Assembly: GCA_944380885.1 (NCBI GenBank)
Contig: CALWIZ010000007.1
Span: forward strand, 5,122 to 69,121
Direction: 5' to 3'
DNA: 64,000 nt
Source of the DNA: an uncultured Clostridia bacterium
GTDB taxonomy: Bacteria; Bacillota; Clostridia; Oscillospirales; Acutalibacteraceae
Shown: positions 63,801 to 64,000 of the stretch, piece after piece
Position numbering within the stretch: the first letter of the stretch is position 1
Layout of the letters: the number at the start of each line of letters is the position of its first letter
Notes under the pieces: generated by a model
What the model was told of the DNA's origin: nothing
Seen by the model: only the letters and a program-made list of their open reading frames with translations
The model's database searches: none
Translations under genes and position numbers: made by a program

Positions 63801-64000
63801 TACTTAAAAACCTCTGATATTATCCCGTTTTCCAAATCTTTAATATTGTATATATGATCCATCACATCAAATGTTTCTTCAAGATTATTGCGTGCACTTG
63901 TCCATCCCTTTCCGTCCGTGAACCATACAAATGTAAAACCGTCAATGGTGTCAGTCTCAATGGCAAGAGTCTTGTAGCTGCGGGCAGTTTCATTGAGCTT
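63800..64000 (-). CDS. 3' end of an unidentified gene translationally coupled to the methyltransferase (candidate restriction endonuclease)
   Basis: My translation of the minus strand gives ...KLNETARSYKTLAIETDTIDGFTFVWFTDGKGWTSARNNLEETFDVMDHIYNIKDLENGIISEVFK*. The frame is open to the window edge. The function is inferred only from position. Confidence 0.4.
   Translation of the reverse strand, partial: KLNETARSYKTLAIETDTIDGFTFVWFTDGKGWTSARNNLEETFDVMDHIYNIKDLENGIISEVFK

Overview
This 64-kb chromosomal window comes from a Gram-positive anaerobe. A dockerin module, spoIIID, T-box leaders, a CIRCE operator and the gene content suggest a Ruminococcus/Oscillospiraceae-like Clostridium (inference only).

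Layout:
(1) 1-26.9 kb is a co-directional glycan-utilisation locus, apparently aimed at mannan or fungal cell wall. It encodes two CUT1-type ABC importers with no ATPase or regulator gene in the window. One importer has a ~975-aa CBM-fused binding protein. Also present are an NHL-TPR-Yip1 membrane protein, a DUF5696-like protein, GH38, GH30 and GH130 enzymes, a CBM9-like surface protein, and two paralogous multi-module surface proteins. One of these carries a dockerin; the other is membrane-anchored and has a GH99/GH71-like domain.
(2) 27.1-30.7 kb is an AT-rich decay zone. It holds a chimeric NUDIX::FAD-oxidoreductase pseudogene, a DUF4143 ATPase and an HsdS fragment.
(3) 30.8-33.5 kb holds spoIIID, a TPP riboswitch with thiT, an MBL hydrolase and a GtrA-family gene.
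(4) 33.5-43.2 kb is an operon gated by two T-box leaders. It encodes two HTH-cupin-acyl-CoA-synthetase fusion paralogs, a small P-loop NTPase, a four-subunit VOR-like 2-oxoacid:ferredoxin oxidoreductase and ilvE. I read it as a route from branched-chain fatty acids to branched-chain amino acids by reductive carboxylation. This is my top candidate for the novel system.
(5) 43.5-51.3 kb is housekeeping: nnr, a PqqD-like gene with an ABC exporter, mrp, and CIRCE-htpG.
(6) 51.5-61.4 kb is a nine-gene, translationally coupled pyrimidine operon on the minus strand, preceded by an attenuator-type leader.
(7) 61.7-64 kb is an AT-rich island with two XRE genes, a SLOG/DUF1273-like gene and a type II R-M pair.

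Three copies of a multi-hairpin, MITE-like intergenic repeat sit at 43.2, 51.4 and 61.5 kb. I saw no rRNA, tRNA or CRISPR. All calls come from reading the sequence and the ORF track; no searches were run.
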